Shown here one piece after another: positions 22,769-35,855 of a stretch of 60,000 nt of DNA (its first letter is position 1; every line of letters begins with the position of its first letter). The stretch is from positions 55,864,001 to 55,924,000 of the forward strand of contig NW_024704742.1 of assembly GCF_018977255.1 (NCBI RefSeq), given 5' to 3'. The position numbers and the translations under genes were made by a program. Source of the DNA: Callorhinchus milii (Eukaryota). Under the pieces are notes generated by a model, which saw only the letters and a list, made by a program, of their open reading frames with translations, had not been told where the DNA came from and made no database searches.

Positions 22769-23078
22769 ACATAGGGACATAGGAATAGGAGTAGGCCATT
22801 CAGCCCCTCAAGCCTGTTCTGCAATTCTATTAGATCATGGCTGATCCATTCCATTTACCCGCCTTTGCTCCCTATCTCTTGATGCCCTTACCTAACAAAA
22901 ATCTATCAACCTTAGTCTTGCACATTTCAATTGATCCAGCATTCACAGCCTTCTGTGGGAGAGAGTTCCAGATTTCCACTACACTTTTTGTGTAAAAGTG
23001 CTTCTTGATTTTACTCCTAAATGACTTAACTCTAATTTTAACATTATGCCCTTTGTTCTGGATTCCTTCACCAAACAT
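22769..23078 (-). mobile_element. CR1 3' end
   Basis: Peptide KGHNVKIRVKSFRSKIKKHFYTKSVVEIWNSLPQKAV plus GAATGGCCTACTCCTATTCCTATG terminus. Confidence 0.9.
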
Positions 23079-24454
23079 ATCCTTGTCCTTGCTAAGTAAA
23101 ACGATACATGCATGTATTAAAGCAGCCTATCGCTTGTCTTGTCCAAAGCAAGATAGACTTAAATGTTTTAGGTGCTCGTAGATCACAGTGTTTTTGTTAA
23201 ACAATTCCCACCTTTAAAAAACATGCACCCACTGAAATCCTTGATATTCCTGGCAATGTTATCATAACCTGTGAGACTTCTGCTGCACAGGAGACATTTT
23301 CATTCTGTCCACATTTCAGCTGTTCAGAGTTGATATTGCAGATATGAGGAACTGAACACTGAGCTTGTATTCACCTGGGCAAGATACACTGAGAACAGAA
23401 TCAATTTCCTTCTGATCTAAAATTTATCAGACAATATAATATTATTCTCTTGTTTACCTACAATCAGTGGGTGTATGGCTAAGTGTACATCATAATTTAT
23501 TTTCTGCAGCTCATTTCTTTTGTGTGAAGTTTCATGCAAAAATGTCAGAACATGTCTCAACTATGATAAACATCTTTATTGAAATTCCTGCTTTTGAAAA
23601 TTATGCCGTATTCCAAGCTGTGTGCTCACCAGGTCATCAATATGCAACAAGTTATTTTATGCTGTGATAAATGACCAAATAAACGAAAGGTCCTTTCAGC
23701 TTTCTTATCAATTCATTCCAGAAATACCAAATAAGACATGTATGGTAGATATTTCAATGGTTCAACTTAAACGAGTAATTTAAAAATCTTAATTTTCTTA
23801 CATCTTGATTGCCTCCCCTAAAGTGTCCTTTCAGTACATCTTCTAAACCCAATAACCCTGAATCCTTTCAGTTGACAGGAACAACTTACATTTGATTGAG
23901 AAAAAATTGAGAAAAATTAATTCTCATTGTTAAACATCAGAATGTTTTACATATCATTTATCAGTTGAAGAATAAAATTGCCTGACTTCCAGATCATAAT
24001 GTTCCCATGGAATTGACAGTGCTTATATATAAATTGTGAATGGTGGAAATATGAAACCAAAAAAATGCAAAAGCTTTGCAACATGTCAATTAGAATGTGA
24101 AAGAGAAACACAAGGTTAAGGTTAAGGTTTTGGATATGTCATGTGAACAGATGGGTTAAGATGGGCTAAGACCATTTTCTAGTTATACAAGATCCTTATT
24201 CAAAGGACAGTCTTTCTCCTTGAAAGCATTGTTTTTTCTTTGACACTGATATCATCATATTAGTTCTCATAATATTTTATTCGATATAAGATGGAACTTG
24301 GTTAGGACCAAGCCATTAACAAGCAACATTAAAAGATGTACTGAATGCATCAGAATGTATCCGTTCAAACCATGCACCATTATAAAACTTAGTGAAAAGA
24401 TGAACATATGACTATTTATAATGATTAGCATAAGAAAAACTCCAGTGAATTGCT

Positions 24455-24680
24455 TTAATAAGCGTTGTGACTACACCAGCACACAAGCAAAGTCCCAAAG
24501 ACAGTAATGAAATGAGTGACCAATTCAACTGGTGATGAATTTGGATGAGAGAGAAACAGTGGTGAGCTCACAGGGAGAGCTCTGTGATTTTCAAAATACA
24601 GAAATACAAAAGGATATTTAACATCCAAATAAAATAACAGAACAAACAAACTAGACCTTGGATTAACACTCTGATTTGAA
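24455..24680 (-). mobile_element. Degraded Deu-domain SINE
   Basis: Weak colinear match to the other Deu-SINE copies. Confidence 0.45.
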
Positions 24681-26667
24681 GAAAAAATAATCTAATTTGT
24701 TAAGCTTTTCCAGCATTTTCTGTGTTTCCATTTCAGCTTTGGAAACATTGTTTCAATTAGCTTGTGGTGTAAGTTTTAATAAATTATTGAAGAAGGAATT
24801 GGTCTTTTAGATGCTGTTGAAATTGGTTCATGAAGATATCTTATGTAACAACACAGGCAAATGTATTTTTTCTACATTAAATGAAATGCATTAGCAAATA
24901 ATTATTTCTCAACAACACATCCTTGCAGCAAAATTATTCTTATTCAGCACAACTCTAGACGCAAGCAATTCATGGGTAGTAATTGGCAGTAAATTTGAAC
25001 AAATTGGACACTAAAGCCACTTTATTTCAAGATTCTTACACAAAATAATAATTTGGGCGAAGAATTTTTTAACATGCAGTGGAAACTTGCCTCTTAAGCT
25101 AAATTGGGGTCTACTAATTGAGTAAATTTTTTTAAATCTATCATCTTATCCATATTCTGTGACTCACCAAATACTTCTCCCAGTTCAAGCATTATTCATT
25201 ATTAAAGTTATTTATATTTTGAAAATTAATCTATAAATCAATTACTGATTTTGGGCAACCCAACTCACACAATATTCAAAGCCCATTTGAACAGGCAGAT
25301 AAGACTTTGATTTAATGTCTCACCCAAAAGACAATATCACCAAACAACCTGTCCCAAAGGCAAGAAAGTTACTGACTGAGGCAAGTTGACATGTATTCAT
25401 AAGAATAATAATCCTTGTATTTGATTTAATATCTTATTACATCATCAAGATAGAATCTGTACTCTATCTTCTCTTGAGACGCTGTCCAGCGTGGAGGGCG
25501 CTGTATAAATCCAAGTTGTTGTTGTTGAATTATCCTCATTTTTCCCCCGTGCATACACACTTGTGCATCCAGATGAATGGATAGTACAGATCACAAACAC
25601 CATTAATACCTACTCCTCTCCATCACTTTATTCGCTGTGGGTTAAAATACAGCAGGAGTATTTTAGTCCATCTCTGATGCTTATATTTACTTAGAATAAT
25701 GCCAGAGATTTTTAAGCAGTTTTAAGCATGCACATTCATGAATACAAATGCACTGTGGAAATGGATTATTTCTCCCGTTCCTCTGTGCTTTTTCCTGGAG
25801 GCCTGGATGAGATCGGATGGTTGTTATGTTGGAAATGACAGCTACAACTTGTTATTCTATCATGTGTGGACCACCTTGTGTGTTTACATTTCCCTTTGAA
25901 TTATTTCTCTGCAATGTTCAAGGCAATAAATAACACAATCATTAAGTTGAGTAGTGAGCAGAATACAAAAAAACTACTGGTAAATCCTTTAATTTCTGCT
26001 AGAACTTTGAAAATATAATTAAGGATTACAGAAAGTTATTACAGTTAATTAAAATGCCAAGTTGCACTTTATAAGAATTCTGCAGCAATTATTTATACAG
26101 ATGCTGAGGGAAGATAAATTACAAGCGCCTTACAACTCTATAGATCATCATATTACTTTAATTGGAGAAACTACTTGGTGTGTGATTCCTTTTATCTACA
26201 TACTGGAAAGAGATAATTATACAGCAGATAATATTATGCATTTTCTGTACAAACATTTGAATTTCAAGTCCCCAGCAACAGGCTCTAATTTCTCCTGTAG
26301 AAGTACAACAAATATGATTTTTGAATCCAGCTGTGACTCAATTTCATCAGTTCTACCGATGATTACCATGTCTGATAACACCAGATCTGGGCTGTTCTTG
26401 TGAACCATTTGCCTATTCATATGAGTGGCCATAAAACTTCTAGATAGCCAAGAGTACCTTGCCACTGTTCAAGTTATCTATGAAACTATGTATTGTGGAG
26501 TACTGTACCATATTTGTTGGAGCACTCACTCTGCAAACGAGAGGACAAGCTTCCTTACTCCACATGCCTCTGTTTACCTAGCAGTAAGTAGGAACATGGT
26601 TGTTAGTTGATTAGCGTATTACTTTTCTGGGGGTAATAATGCCTTCAAAAAAAATGTGGTCACTCAA

Positions 26668-27762
26668 AAAACATAGGATAATAGGAACAGGAGGAGGCCC
26701 TTCAGTTCTTCGAACCTATTCTGCCATTTAATTAGAACATGGCTGATCTGTACCTCAACTAATCCTTTTAATTCCAATTTCCCGCTTTCTCCCCATATCC
26801 CTTAATACCCTGACCTACCAAAAATCTATCAACCTCCAGCATCCATGGCCTTTTGGGGGAGAGAGTTCCAGATTTCTACTATACTTTGAGTGAAAAAATG
26901 CTTCCTGATTTCACTCTTAAATGGCTTGGCTCTAATTTTAAGACTATGTCCCCTATGTCCCCTTGTTTTGGATTCCCCCAACATAGAAAATAGCTTCTCC
27001 GTATCTACCCTATCAAATCCCTTTACCATCTTATGGAGTCCTGTAGCTCAGTGGTTAGAGCACTCGCTTTGCAAGTGAGAGACCTGAGTTCAATTCCGGT
27101 CAGGGCGAAACCTTGGGCAAGTTTCCTTACTCCACACGCCTATTAATAATAATCCCTCAAAAAAAACAATAATAAATTGGTCATTTTCAATCCATGACTG
27201 TTTGTGGGACATTGCTGTGCGCAATTGGCTGCCGCGTTCGCCCACAAATATACAGTCAATTCACTTTACAGTATATTCTGTGAAGCGCTTTGGGATGTCT
27301 AGAAGACGTGAAAAGCGCTATATCAAATGCAAGGATTATTATTATTATCTTTAATACCTCAATCAAATCACCCCTCAACCTTCTAAACTCAAGGGAACAT
27401 AATCCAAATTTACACAGCCTTTCCTCGTAACTTAACCCTTTTAGGCCTGGTAACATTCTGGTAAACCTGTGCTGCACCGTCTCCAGGGCAAATGTATCTT
27501 TCCTGAGGTGTGGTGCCCAAAACTGAACGCAGTAATCCAGATAGGGTCTGACTAATGCTCTGTACAGCTGAAGCATCATTTCTTCCCCTTTGTATTCCAG
27601 GCCCCTTGAGGTAAAGGCCAACATTCCATTCACCTTTTTGATTACTTTTTGCACCTGAGAACCAATTTTTAGTGATTTGTGGATATGGACACCCAAACCT
27701 CTTTGCTCCTCCGCAGTTCTTAATTTCTTCCCATTAAGAAAATATTCTGCTTTATCTTGTAG
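26668..27762 (-). mobile_element. 5'-truncated CR1 LINE interrupted by a SINE at 27035-27347
   Basis: Peptide LGVHIHKSLK...LYRALVRPYLDYCVQFWAP...LEFRRLRGDLIEV resumes after the SINE as MVKGFDRVD...WNSLPQKAM. Confidence 0.95.
27035..27347 (+). mobile_element. Full-length tRNA-derived SINE (short subtype) with target-site duplication
   Basis: Complete head, body and tail; ATCTT at 27028-27032 and 27347-27351. Confidence 0.93.
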
Positions 27763-28049
27763 ATATTTCATGACTGCTGTGGGACACTGCTGTGCACAAT
27801 TGACTATTGTATTTCACTTTACAGTATATTCTGTAAAGCGCTTTGAGACATCCTGAAGACTTGATAAGGCGCTATATAAAATGCAAGGATTATTATTGAA
27901 TACAAGGATTATTAAAACTTCAAAGAATCATTCCACATGATGAGTTCTTAATATACATAAATTACCCAGAATTACAGATGAATGAACCAATTTAGGGAGG
28001 ACACCAAATAAAATGAATGGGGGAAACTGTAAAATCAGAAGATGCAGCC

Positions 28050-28445
28050 AAGCGAGTTTGACAGGATATGGAGCTGGGCTATAAAGTGGTAAATGAAGTT
28101 TAATGCAGATCAATGCAAACGAATGCACATAGAATGTAACAATAGGAAACATATGGATGGGAATGAACTTGTCAAGGGAGAAGTTCAAAGAGATCTAAGG
28201 GAGTCAGCAAACTCAACACTCACCGTTTCTGAATCAGGTGAGATAGCAGTAAATAAAGCAAACATGATGCATGGCTAAATTGCCAAATCAATTGAGTTCT
28301 AATCCCTGGAATTCACACTCCAGCTGTACAATGCTTAAGTCAGGTTAGATCTAAAGTATATAGTATAGTTCGGGTTGCTGATAATTAGAATACTAGCCAA
28401 GTTTTGGAGACGGTGCAAAAGCAAATAACAAAGTTGATCTCCGTC
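28050..28445 (+). mobile_element. Degraded CR1 ORF2 fragment
   Basis: Peptide MKFNADQCKRMHI...VQRDL...AVNKANMM. Confidence 0.75.
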
Positions 28446-28816
28446 GTTGGAAGGAGTAATTAGATAACATATTAGGGTATAAAAATGTTAAATTGGATCG
28501 AGAAACTAAAAGCAGAACAATACTTTAAGATAAGTGAATTTCTCACAATGTCTTGGCCAACAGTCCCTCAAATAATATTTGTCATTCACTTTATGGTTGT
28601 TTGTGGATATTGCAGTGCACAGATTAACTGCCAGGTTCATCTACAAAATATGCAGTGAGTACACTTAATAGCAAATTCTGTGAAATGCTTTGAGACATCC
28701 TCCTGACATGAAAGGCACAAAATCAAATGCAAGGTCAGCCTACTCAGTTTGTAACACTCTTACCTCTCAGTCAGAAGGTTGTGTGTTCAAGCCTAACTTC
28801 AAAACTTTGAACTCAT

Positions 28817-29535
28817 GGTTTTTCCTCCGCCCCCCGCACTGTCTCGTGCGGTGTCCCTCAGGGCTCTGTCCTCGGTCCCCTCCTCTTCACCCTCTATATG
28901 CTCCCCCTTGGTGACATCATCCACAGACATGGGGTTAACTTCCACATGTATGCAGATGACACCCAACTCTACCTTTCCTCCTCTACCCTCAACTCCACGA
29001 CCACTGATGTCCTGACAGCTGCCTGTCCGACATCGAGTCCTGGACAAGAGACAACTTTCTTCAGCTCAACGTGCGTAAAACTGAGGCCCTCCTGATTGGC
29101 TCACGTCAGCGCCTCCGCACCTCAGGCGCTGACAGCATCAACATCCAAGGCTGCACTCTCCACCTCTCAAAGCCGTCAGGAACCTCGGGGTTCTGTTCGA
29201 CCCTGAGCTGTCCTTTCTCCCTCACATCCGCACCACAACTGGCACCGCCTATCATCACCTCCGGAACATCGCCAGACTACGGCACTACCTCACCCCTCAC
29301 GCTGCTGAAACTCTGGTTCACGCCTTTATCACCTCAAGGCTGGACTATGGGAACTCGCTCCTCGCCGGCCTTCCCGGCATCTCCCTCCACAAGCTGCAGG
29401 TCATTCAGAACTCTGCAGCTCGTGTACTGTCCCGCACCAGGCTTCGCGACCACATCACTCCCACCCTCGCTCGCCTCCACTGGCTCCCCATCCCCCAGAG
29501 GATTGAATTCAAGATCTTCATCCACGTCTACAGGC
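28817..29535 (+). mobile_element. L2 RT fragment
   Basis: [13 protein letters not shown] (from DNA) and [27 protein letters not shown]. Confidence 0.92.
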
Positions 29536-31454
29536 CATTCGCTGCCTTGTCCTGACCAACAATCGCCTAACAAAACTCACTTCATGGATATTTTGAGATA
29601 TTTTTGGGAGCAAATTGGCCGCTGTGTTTCACCTGCAAAACAGACAGTCACTGCACTTCACAATATATAATAATAATAATAATCCTTGCTTCTTATCACA
29701 TATCTGAGAGGTTTCAAAGTGCTTCATAGAATATACTATAAAGTGAATAAAGTATATATTGTATATCCTGTATAATCCTGAGAAGCTATTTGGGACACCC
29801 TCCCAATGTAAAATATGCTAATCTAATTGTAAGGATAATTATTAAGGATTATTATATACCAAGACAGCAGATTAGTGTTGGGGGGGTGTGGGTTGGAACA
29901 AATTCAGGGTTCTAATAAGGTAATTTTAGGACAGGGACAAAGAAGTATTTCTTTACACAGATTGATGGCTGGAACAGGCTACAAAGAAAGATGGTAGAAA
30001 CCTGTCACTTAAAAAAGCTATATTGGAAAGACAATAGGGTTCATTTGAGATACGATGTGCCAAAAAGCCTTACTCATCTAAACCTTTCTTACCAGTGATC
30101 ATTCTAGTGATCTTGTGATAATACATGTTGAAATTGGTTCTGCAGGATGCTGAAAGGGAGTCAAAACCATTGTCATCATCTTGTGTGCCTATTTGTTGGG
30201 TGGATCCTCTCATGGTTTCTTAGGTTGCAAACCACAGCACACAACGTCTGTGTCTCACAGACAAATAGTGCTGGAATGTGCAGGCTGTGAAGCACTAAGT
30301 TATATTTAAACACTTTGGTCATCTAATGAGAAGCTTCAATCCCACATGTGTGTCTTTAGACAGGAATTTTAATACAGTGGTAAGTACTTTAGTGTTCTTA
30401 CCTATTTTTCTGCCAGACACTATTCATTTTACAATAGCACTTTCAACGTGGATGTACTCTATGACTTGGGACATGGAAATTCCTATTGAATGCATCTGTA
30501 TGGTAATGTTTAGTGCTATATCATTTGATTTTGCCAAATCACTAATTTATTAAACCCATTCCCTACTGTGCTTCATAGCCAAATTCTGCATTCCACAAAA
30601 AATAGATTAATAAACCACTAATGAATCTGTTACATTCAAAGTCATAGCTAATCACATTATTGGCACAATGCTGAATTTGTCACAAGGGCTTAGACTGGAA
30701 TTTGTAAGGCCATATTTGAAAAGGCATGAGTAGATTATTCAACAAATGCCTCATTCATAATGTGAGATTAACATGCATCACTTCTACACAAATGCCTATT
30801 CCAAATGGACTTCACCATATTGTTTATAAATTTTTTTGACAAGAGCATTTTTAATTTGGATTAATGCAAGCTGGATCATTGCTTTAGCCAGGATCAAATC
30901 ATGTACTTGATGAACAGGAAACGAGATGACAACTTAGTCCTTTGCACTGATTGGCCTTTGGTATGTATCCAGATATGGGCTAACAAAATTTGAATGAAAT
31001 GTATGCCATCGAGTCTATTTTGGGCCAGAAGTATCTCAACAAAGCTGAATTATTAACCCTTAGCTAAACCAGGTGGTTTAAATCCCAACAATGAATCTCA
31101 ATTAAATAAAAAAAACTTTGTTCAATGATTGCTTTCTATGACCACAGTATCAATAGACGTGCCAGGTTTCTGTTTTACCCAATTCAGAGGGTAATACATG
31201 AATGATTTATATTTCAAATTGTTTCCCTTAAATAATGAATGTTTGTGGGAATTTCTTCAGCCAACCGGAAATATAGCAGGCAAAGCTGTAGGGACTCTGC
31301 ACCGAATGTAGATTGTACTTGAAGAATTTTCCACCAGTCAGCATATAAAATCATTCAAAGTGGACCCATTTAAGACCCCATTTAAGCTTAGATATGCACA
31401 TATCCATCTGACCAACTGGTGCTCAATGTTCCTACTTCACAAGATCCCAAGAGA

Positions 31455-31765
31455 GGGTTGGATGAAAAAAGCCCTTTGGCCCATTTGCTCTCATCCCTCT
31501 ACTGCCTTCCTGTTACAACTTCAAGCTGTTTTCTTTAAATAAGTCCAGCATCCTGGTTTCAACAATATTTCTTGCTAACCTATTCCAGTTGTTGATTATC
31601 ATCTGGGTAAATAAATATTGCATTGTGTATCTCTTGAAATTGATCTTTGTATCCCTAAATTTGTGCCCTCGTGTTCTCTTGCCTTGGCATATCTGAAAAT
31701 ATTGTTCTGGGTTTGCTTTCTTACCCTGATTTAAAATGTTATATAACTCTCAAAGTCTCCTCTGG
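31455..31765 (-). mobile_element. Degraded CR1 3' end
   Basis: Minus strand has a TRGH-like ACGAGGGCACAAATTTAG and WN-like TGGAATAGG, then a 3' stem-loop remnant. Confidence 0.55.
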
Positions 31766-33397
31766 GGCATTTATTCAAGACTTCCTCTCTGACATGATCA
31801 TTGAGAGCAATGATTTCATGTTCACATCTGCATTGCTTCTGATCAAGCAGATTTCACTAAATTACAAAAGAATAAAATGTCCACACTTGACTCTAAATGA
31901 ACTGACACTCACAAGATCAAAAAGAGGTTTGAATGAAAAAAGTACTTTGACTCATTTGATATTATCCTGCTAGAATATCAACCTCTGAGATATCTCTTTT
32001 GTGTCCATTAAAGCACAAGTTTGTTTCCCTCTCCTCCACCTTCCAAGAATACTAAATAAACAAGAGTCTACATAGAAAACACAAGTGATGCATGGTTGTG
32101 TGTGCATTGTTCCTACTGCACATGAGTGCTGTTATTATGTGAAGGTGGGCTAATCAGAATCAGAAATGATCCAATTTAGATGAGAATTTTATAGCAATTC
32201 ACTTGAAAGGGCAGAATTCACAAACCTGCCATGTTCCCTGACATCTGTCAATAGTTTCCCACATGCAATGTTGTTTTGGTTTGTGATTTCCAGTTGCAAT
32301 TTCCTCATTTGAACAGTTTTTGCAAAGGTCTGTATATTTTCAAAGCTATGGTTTCCATTACTGTGACGTTCATGCCAGGAGAAACAAACATTTAGAAAGT
32401 AAACATTTTTTTTACTGTGAAACAAGCTAAATAGTCAAAAAGTTTAAAAATAAAAGCAATATTTTGACTGTAAATAAGTACAATTTGACAAGCCTGCTTC
32501 CTTTATTTTCCTGTATGAGCGAAGCCTCATATTCAGAAGTCAACCTTAAGATATATTTTCTGTACCCTCTCAAAACAACAAGCATTGTGCCCTACTTTAG
32601 TTCTCCACTTAAAATCAATTCACTATTTAAAACATATGACTAATATTTTGCAGTGAAGCCCTCTGCTGAGTGTCACCCACATATTTCTTTGCAAAAGAAC
32701 TTTGATAAATGTTCCTGATTTCATAATCAGATTAATAACATTGTTAACTGTCCTTTATTAGTTCTTGATTAAAAAACAACAATTGTAGTCAAGGTCAGTC
32801 ATGCAAACTCTATGGACTTGCTACCCTGCAGCATGAGAGCTAAGCCTTGAAAAGAACACACCCTGATCGTCTTGCAATAATTCACTTAGTGAAACAACAA
32901 TCTCCTATGTTACGAAGCCTTCCAGTGAACCTAAGAATATGATGAAAGAGAAGAAAGGCTTGTGATTATTCAAAAGCTTTTTCGTATCAAACTGAAATAT
33001 ATTTAGACAACTTGACCTCTGCAAGATAAAAAAGACCCCTATCATTTAAGAGTATTTTGTTCTGAGGTTGATCCTGATCTACAACTAGATATTTTCTAGA
33101 ATGCAATGATACATGTTTCCTGAGCCAGGTATTTAATGTAGGAAGGACATAGATGTCTTTCTATATGTTGAATGAGTTTTATATCAAGTTTCTAACTTGA
33201 TTTGTTCACAATTAATCATAATTACTCAATATTCTCAAATTATAACACCAATTCATGAATGGGCAAGTTCTCTTCATATGTCTCACAAGTTCCCTTTAAA
33301 TTTTCAAGAAACGCTTGAATCAGATGAGAATAAGTGAACTACTGAATTTGTGACTTCCATAATATCTCATCTTTGTGAGTTTTGTGTCACAGATATT

Positions 33398-33451
33398 TAA
33401 TAATCCTTGCTTGCAAGGCGAGCGGGCTAACCACTATGCTACAGGACTCCA
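33398..33451 (-). mobile_element. Internally deleted mini-SINE (head fused directly to tail)
   Basis: TAATAATCCTTGC|TTGCAAGGCGAGCGGGCTAACCACTATGCTACAGGACTCCA. Confidence 0.7.
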
Positions 33452-33724
33452 TAAAATGTAAAGCAATCCTGGGCCAGTAGTTCCAATTGGTGAGAAGATT
33501 CAATGCAGAACTTTCCACATCACCTCAATCCAGTTTTCATTACATATGCAAAATCTTTGGAATATTCAGAATTCCCACGGAACTTCAAGTTGATGGTTCC
33601 AGTTGAATCCACTACTAAACTCTAGATAAAAACTTTCAGTATCTCATCTTTTCTCTGCAATCTGATTAGCTTGATTATGTGTTCAGAAGCCCTTAGCATA
33701 CTAATTACTTTTTAAAAACAAGAA

Positions 33725-34870
33725 GAGCCTTTCACATTGGGAGGATGTCCCAAGGCGCTGAACAGTCAAAGTTTTGTACACAAGCTGGGGGTCAGGATCG
33801 GGGAGGGTGGAGGGCAGGGGGGAAAGCAGGGTGATCGAAAGCATGGATGAAGAGGAGGATCTTGAACGAGACAAGGGAGTGGGCATGGTGGAGGGACTGG
33901 GGATTCCAGAGGGTGGGGGCAGAATGGCAGAAGGCCCACCTGCCAAAAGCGGGGCGAGCTAGGCGGGGGACTTGAAGCAGGCCGGAGCCCACTGAATGGA
34001 AGGAGCGAGCAGGATGGTAGGGGGTTAGGAGGTCACAGGAGTAGGGGGAATCAAGACAATGAAAGGCTTTGAGGTGAGGACCAGGATCTTGCACTGTATC
34101 CTCTGTGTGATGAGAAGCCAGTGGAGTCAGGTGAGTATGGGGGTGATAGCGTCACGGAGACTGCTGCGGAGTTCTGGATGACCTGCAGCCTACGGAGGGA
34201 GGAGTTGGAGAGCCCAACAATCAAGGAGTTTGCATAGTCAAGCCTGGATGTAATGAAACCATGCATGAGGGTTTCGGCGGCCCTGCAGTGTGAGACAGTG
34301 GTGGAGCCGGGCGATGTTGGGGGAGGAAGGCAGAGCGGGTCATGGCACGGATATAAGGTAGAAAAGATAGTCGAGGGTCAAACAAGTCACCAAGGTTCCG
34401 GACTGGCTTAGTAAAGTGGAGTGTGCAACCATGGATGGTGATGCTGTCAGCGCCTGAGGTGTAGAGGTGCTGATGGGAACCAATCAGGAGAGCCTCGGTC
34501 TTGTTGACGTTCAACTGAAGAAAATTAGCTCTGATCCAGGACTTGATGTCTGACAGACATTCTGTCAGGACAGCAGTGATCCTGGAGTCAAGTGTGGAGA
34601 CAGGGAGGTAGAGTTGACTGTCATCTGCATACATGTGGAAGTTGACCCCATGTCTATGGATGATGTCACCAAGAGGGGGCATATAGATATTGAAGAGGAG
34701 CGACCATGGACAGAGCCCTGAGAAACGTCACACGATATGTGCGGGGACTAGATGAGAAACAGTTTGTGGAGATGAAGTGGAGGTGGTGTGAGAGGTACAA
34801 TCTGGACCTTTTAGAGGAAAGGAAGGTTGGAGATGGGCAGTAGTTTGAGAGCAGAGATGGGTCCAGGGTT
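33725..34870 (-). mobile_element. 5'-truncated L2 LINE, same subfamily as 9488-10945
   Basis: 153-aa ORF with FHMYADDSQLYL; long near-identical stretches shared with 10200-10640. Confidence 0.93.
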
Positions 34871-35384
34871 AACCAGTTGAACCCTTCATATACACAGCAA
34901 TTACTTCTGAATTACACTTCCCCAGTAGGTCACACTCTTAAAACAGCTTGAAGTTGTCAGATATATATACCTTTCATCTTCGCTGCAGTATATTTATCAA
35001 ATTATTAAGCTTACTTAGCTACATAACAGAATTACCTTTGAATGGTTAGTTTCTTCTGCTGTCTTCCACTTCACTTCTGATGCTGTTATACAGCTAGCTT
35101 GTGAGTGATGATCTTTAGCCTAGTGGAGCTCAGTTTCACTCCTTTAAATCCATATGTATGGAAACTAGAATACTAGTATTGACTGTATTCTACCTCAAAT
35201 GTTTTTTAGTGATATACTCAAATTTTGCATATATAACAATCTTCACTTTCAGCTCTAATCAGATACTTCCAAAGTACTTTGAGGCATTTATTTTAAAGTG
35301 AAAGGCACCATATAAATTCAAGTTATTATTATTATCTTTATCCTTTGGACCATAAGGTGGGATTTACATTTTTTGTCAGTCCTC

Positions 35385-35855
35385 TCTTGCACACCCCCAT
35401 CCTTGCACAACTCCACTGGTTTCCCATCACACAGAGGATACAGTTCAAGATCTTGGTTTTCACCTTGAAAGCACTCCATGGCCTTGCTCCCCCTACCTCT
35501 GCAACCTTCTAACCCCCTACCAATCTGCCCACTTCTTCTGCTCATCGGGCTCCGGCCTGTTTCATGTCCCCCGTCTCAACTGCTGGCCAGGCCTTCTGCC
35601 ACTCTGCCCCTAACCTCTGGAACTCCATCCCGCAGTCCCTCCACCTCACCCCCTCCCTAGCCTCCTTCAAGACCCGTCTCAAGACCCTCCTCTTTGACTG
35701 TGCCTTCCATCACCCTCCATCCCCCCTCTGCTCTCCACCCTCCCCAATCGCCACCCCCCCCCCCCCAGCTTGGATCCAAAACACTGATTGTTCAGCAGCT
35801 TGGGACGTCCTCCCAATGTGAAAGATGTCATACAAATGTAATTTTGCTGTTGTTG
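35385..35855 (+). mobile_element. L2 3' fragment with tail
   Basis: LWNSIPQSLHLTPSLASFKTRLKTLLF; GGGACGTCCTCCCAATGTGAAAG tail. Confidence 0.9.

Noticed and set aside
24112..24130. (AAGGTT)3 telomere-like repeat
   Set aside because: It is not TTAGGG and has only three units; local slippage in a degraded repeat.
26217..26465. Overlapping ORFs on both strands in unique DNA
   Set aside because: No recognisable domain and no convincing pair of splice sites.
30136..30375. KGVKTIVIILCAY / ICW..PL / FNP words resembling GPCR TM6-TM7
   Set aside because: The motifs are in different frames with stops, and there are no upstream TM segments; most likely coincidence.
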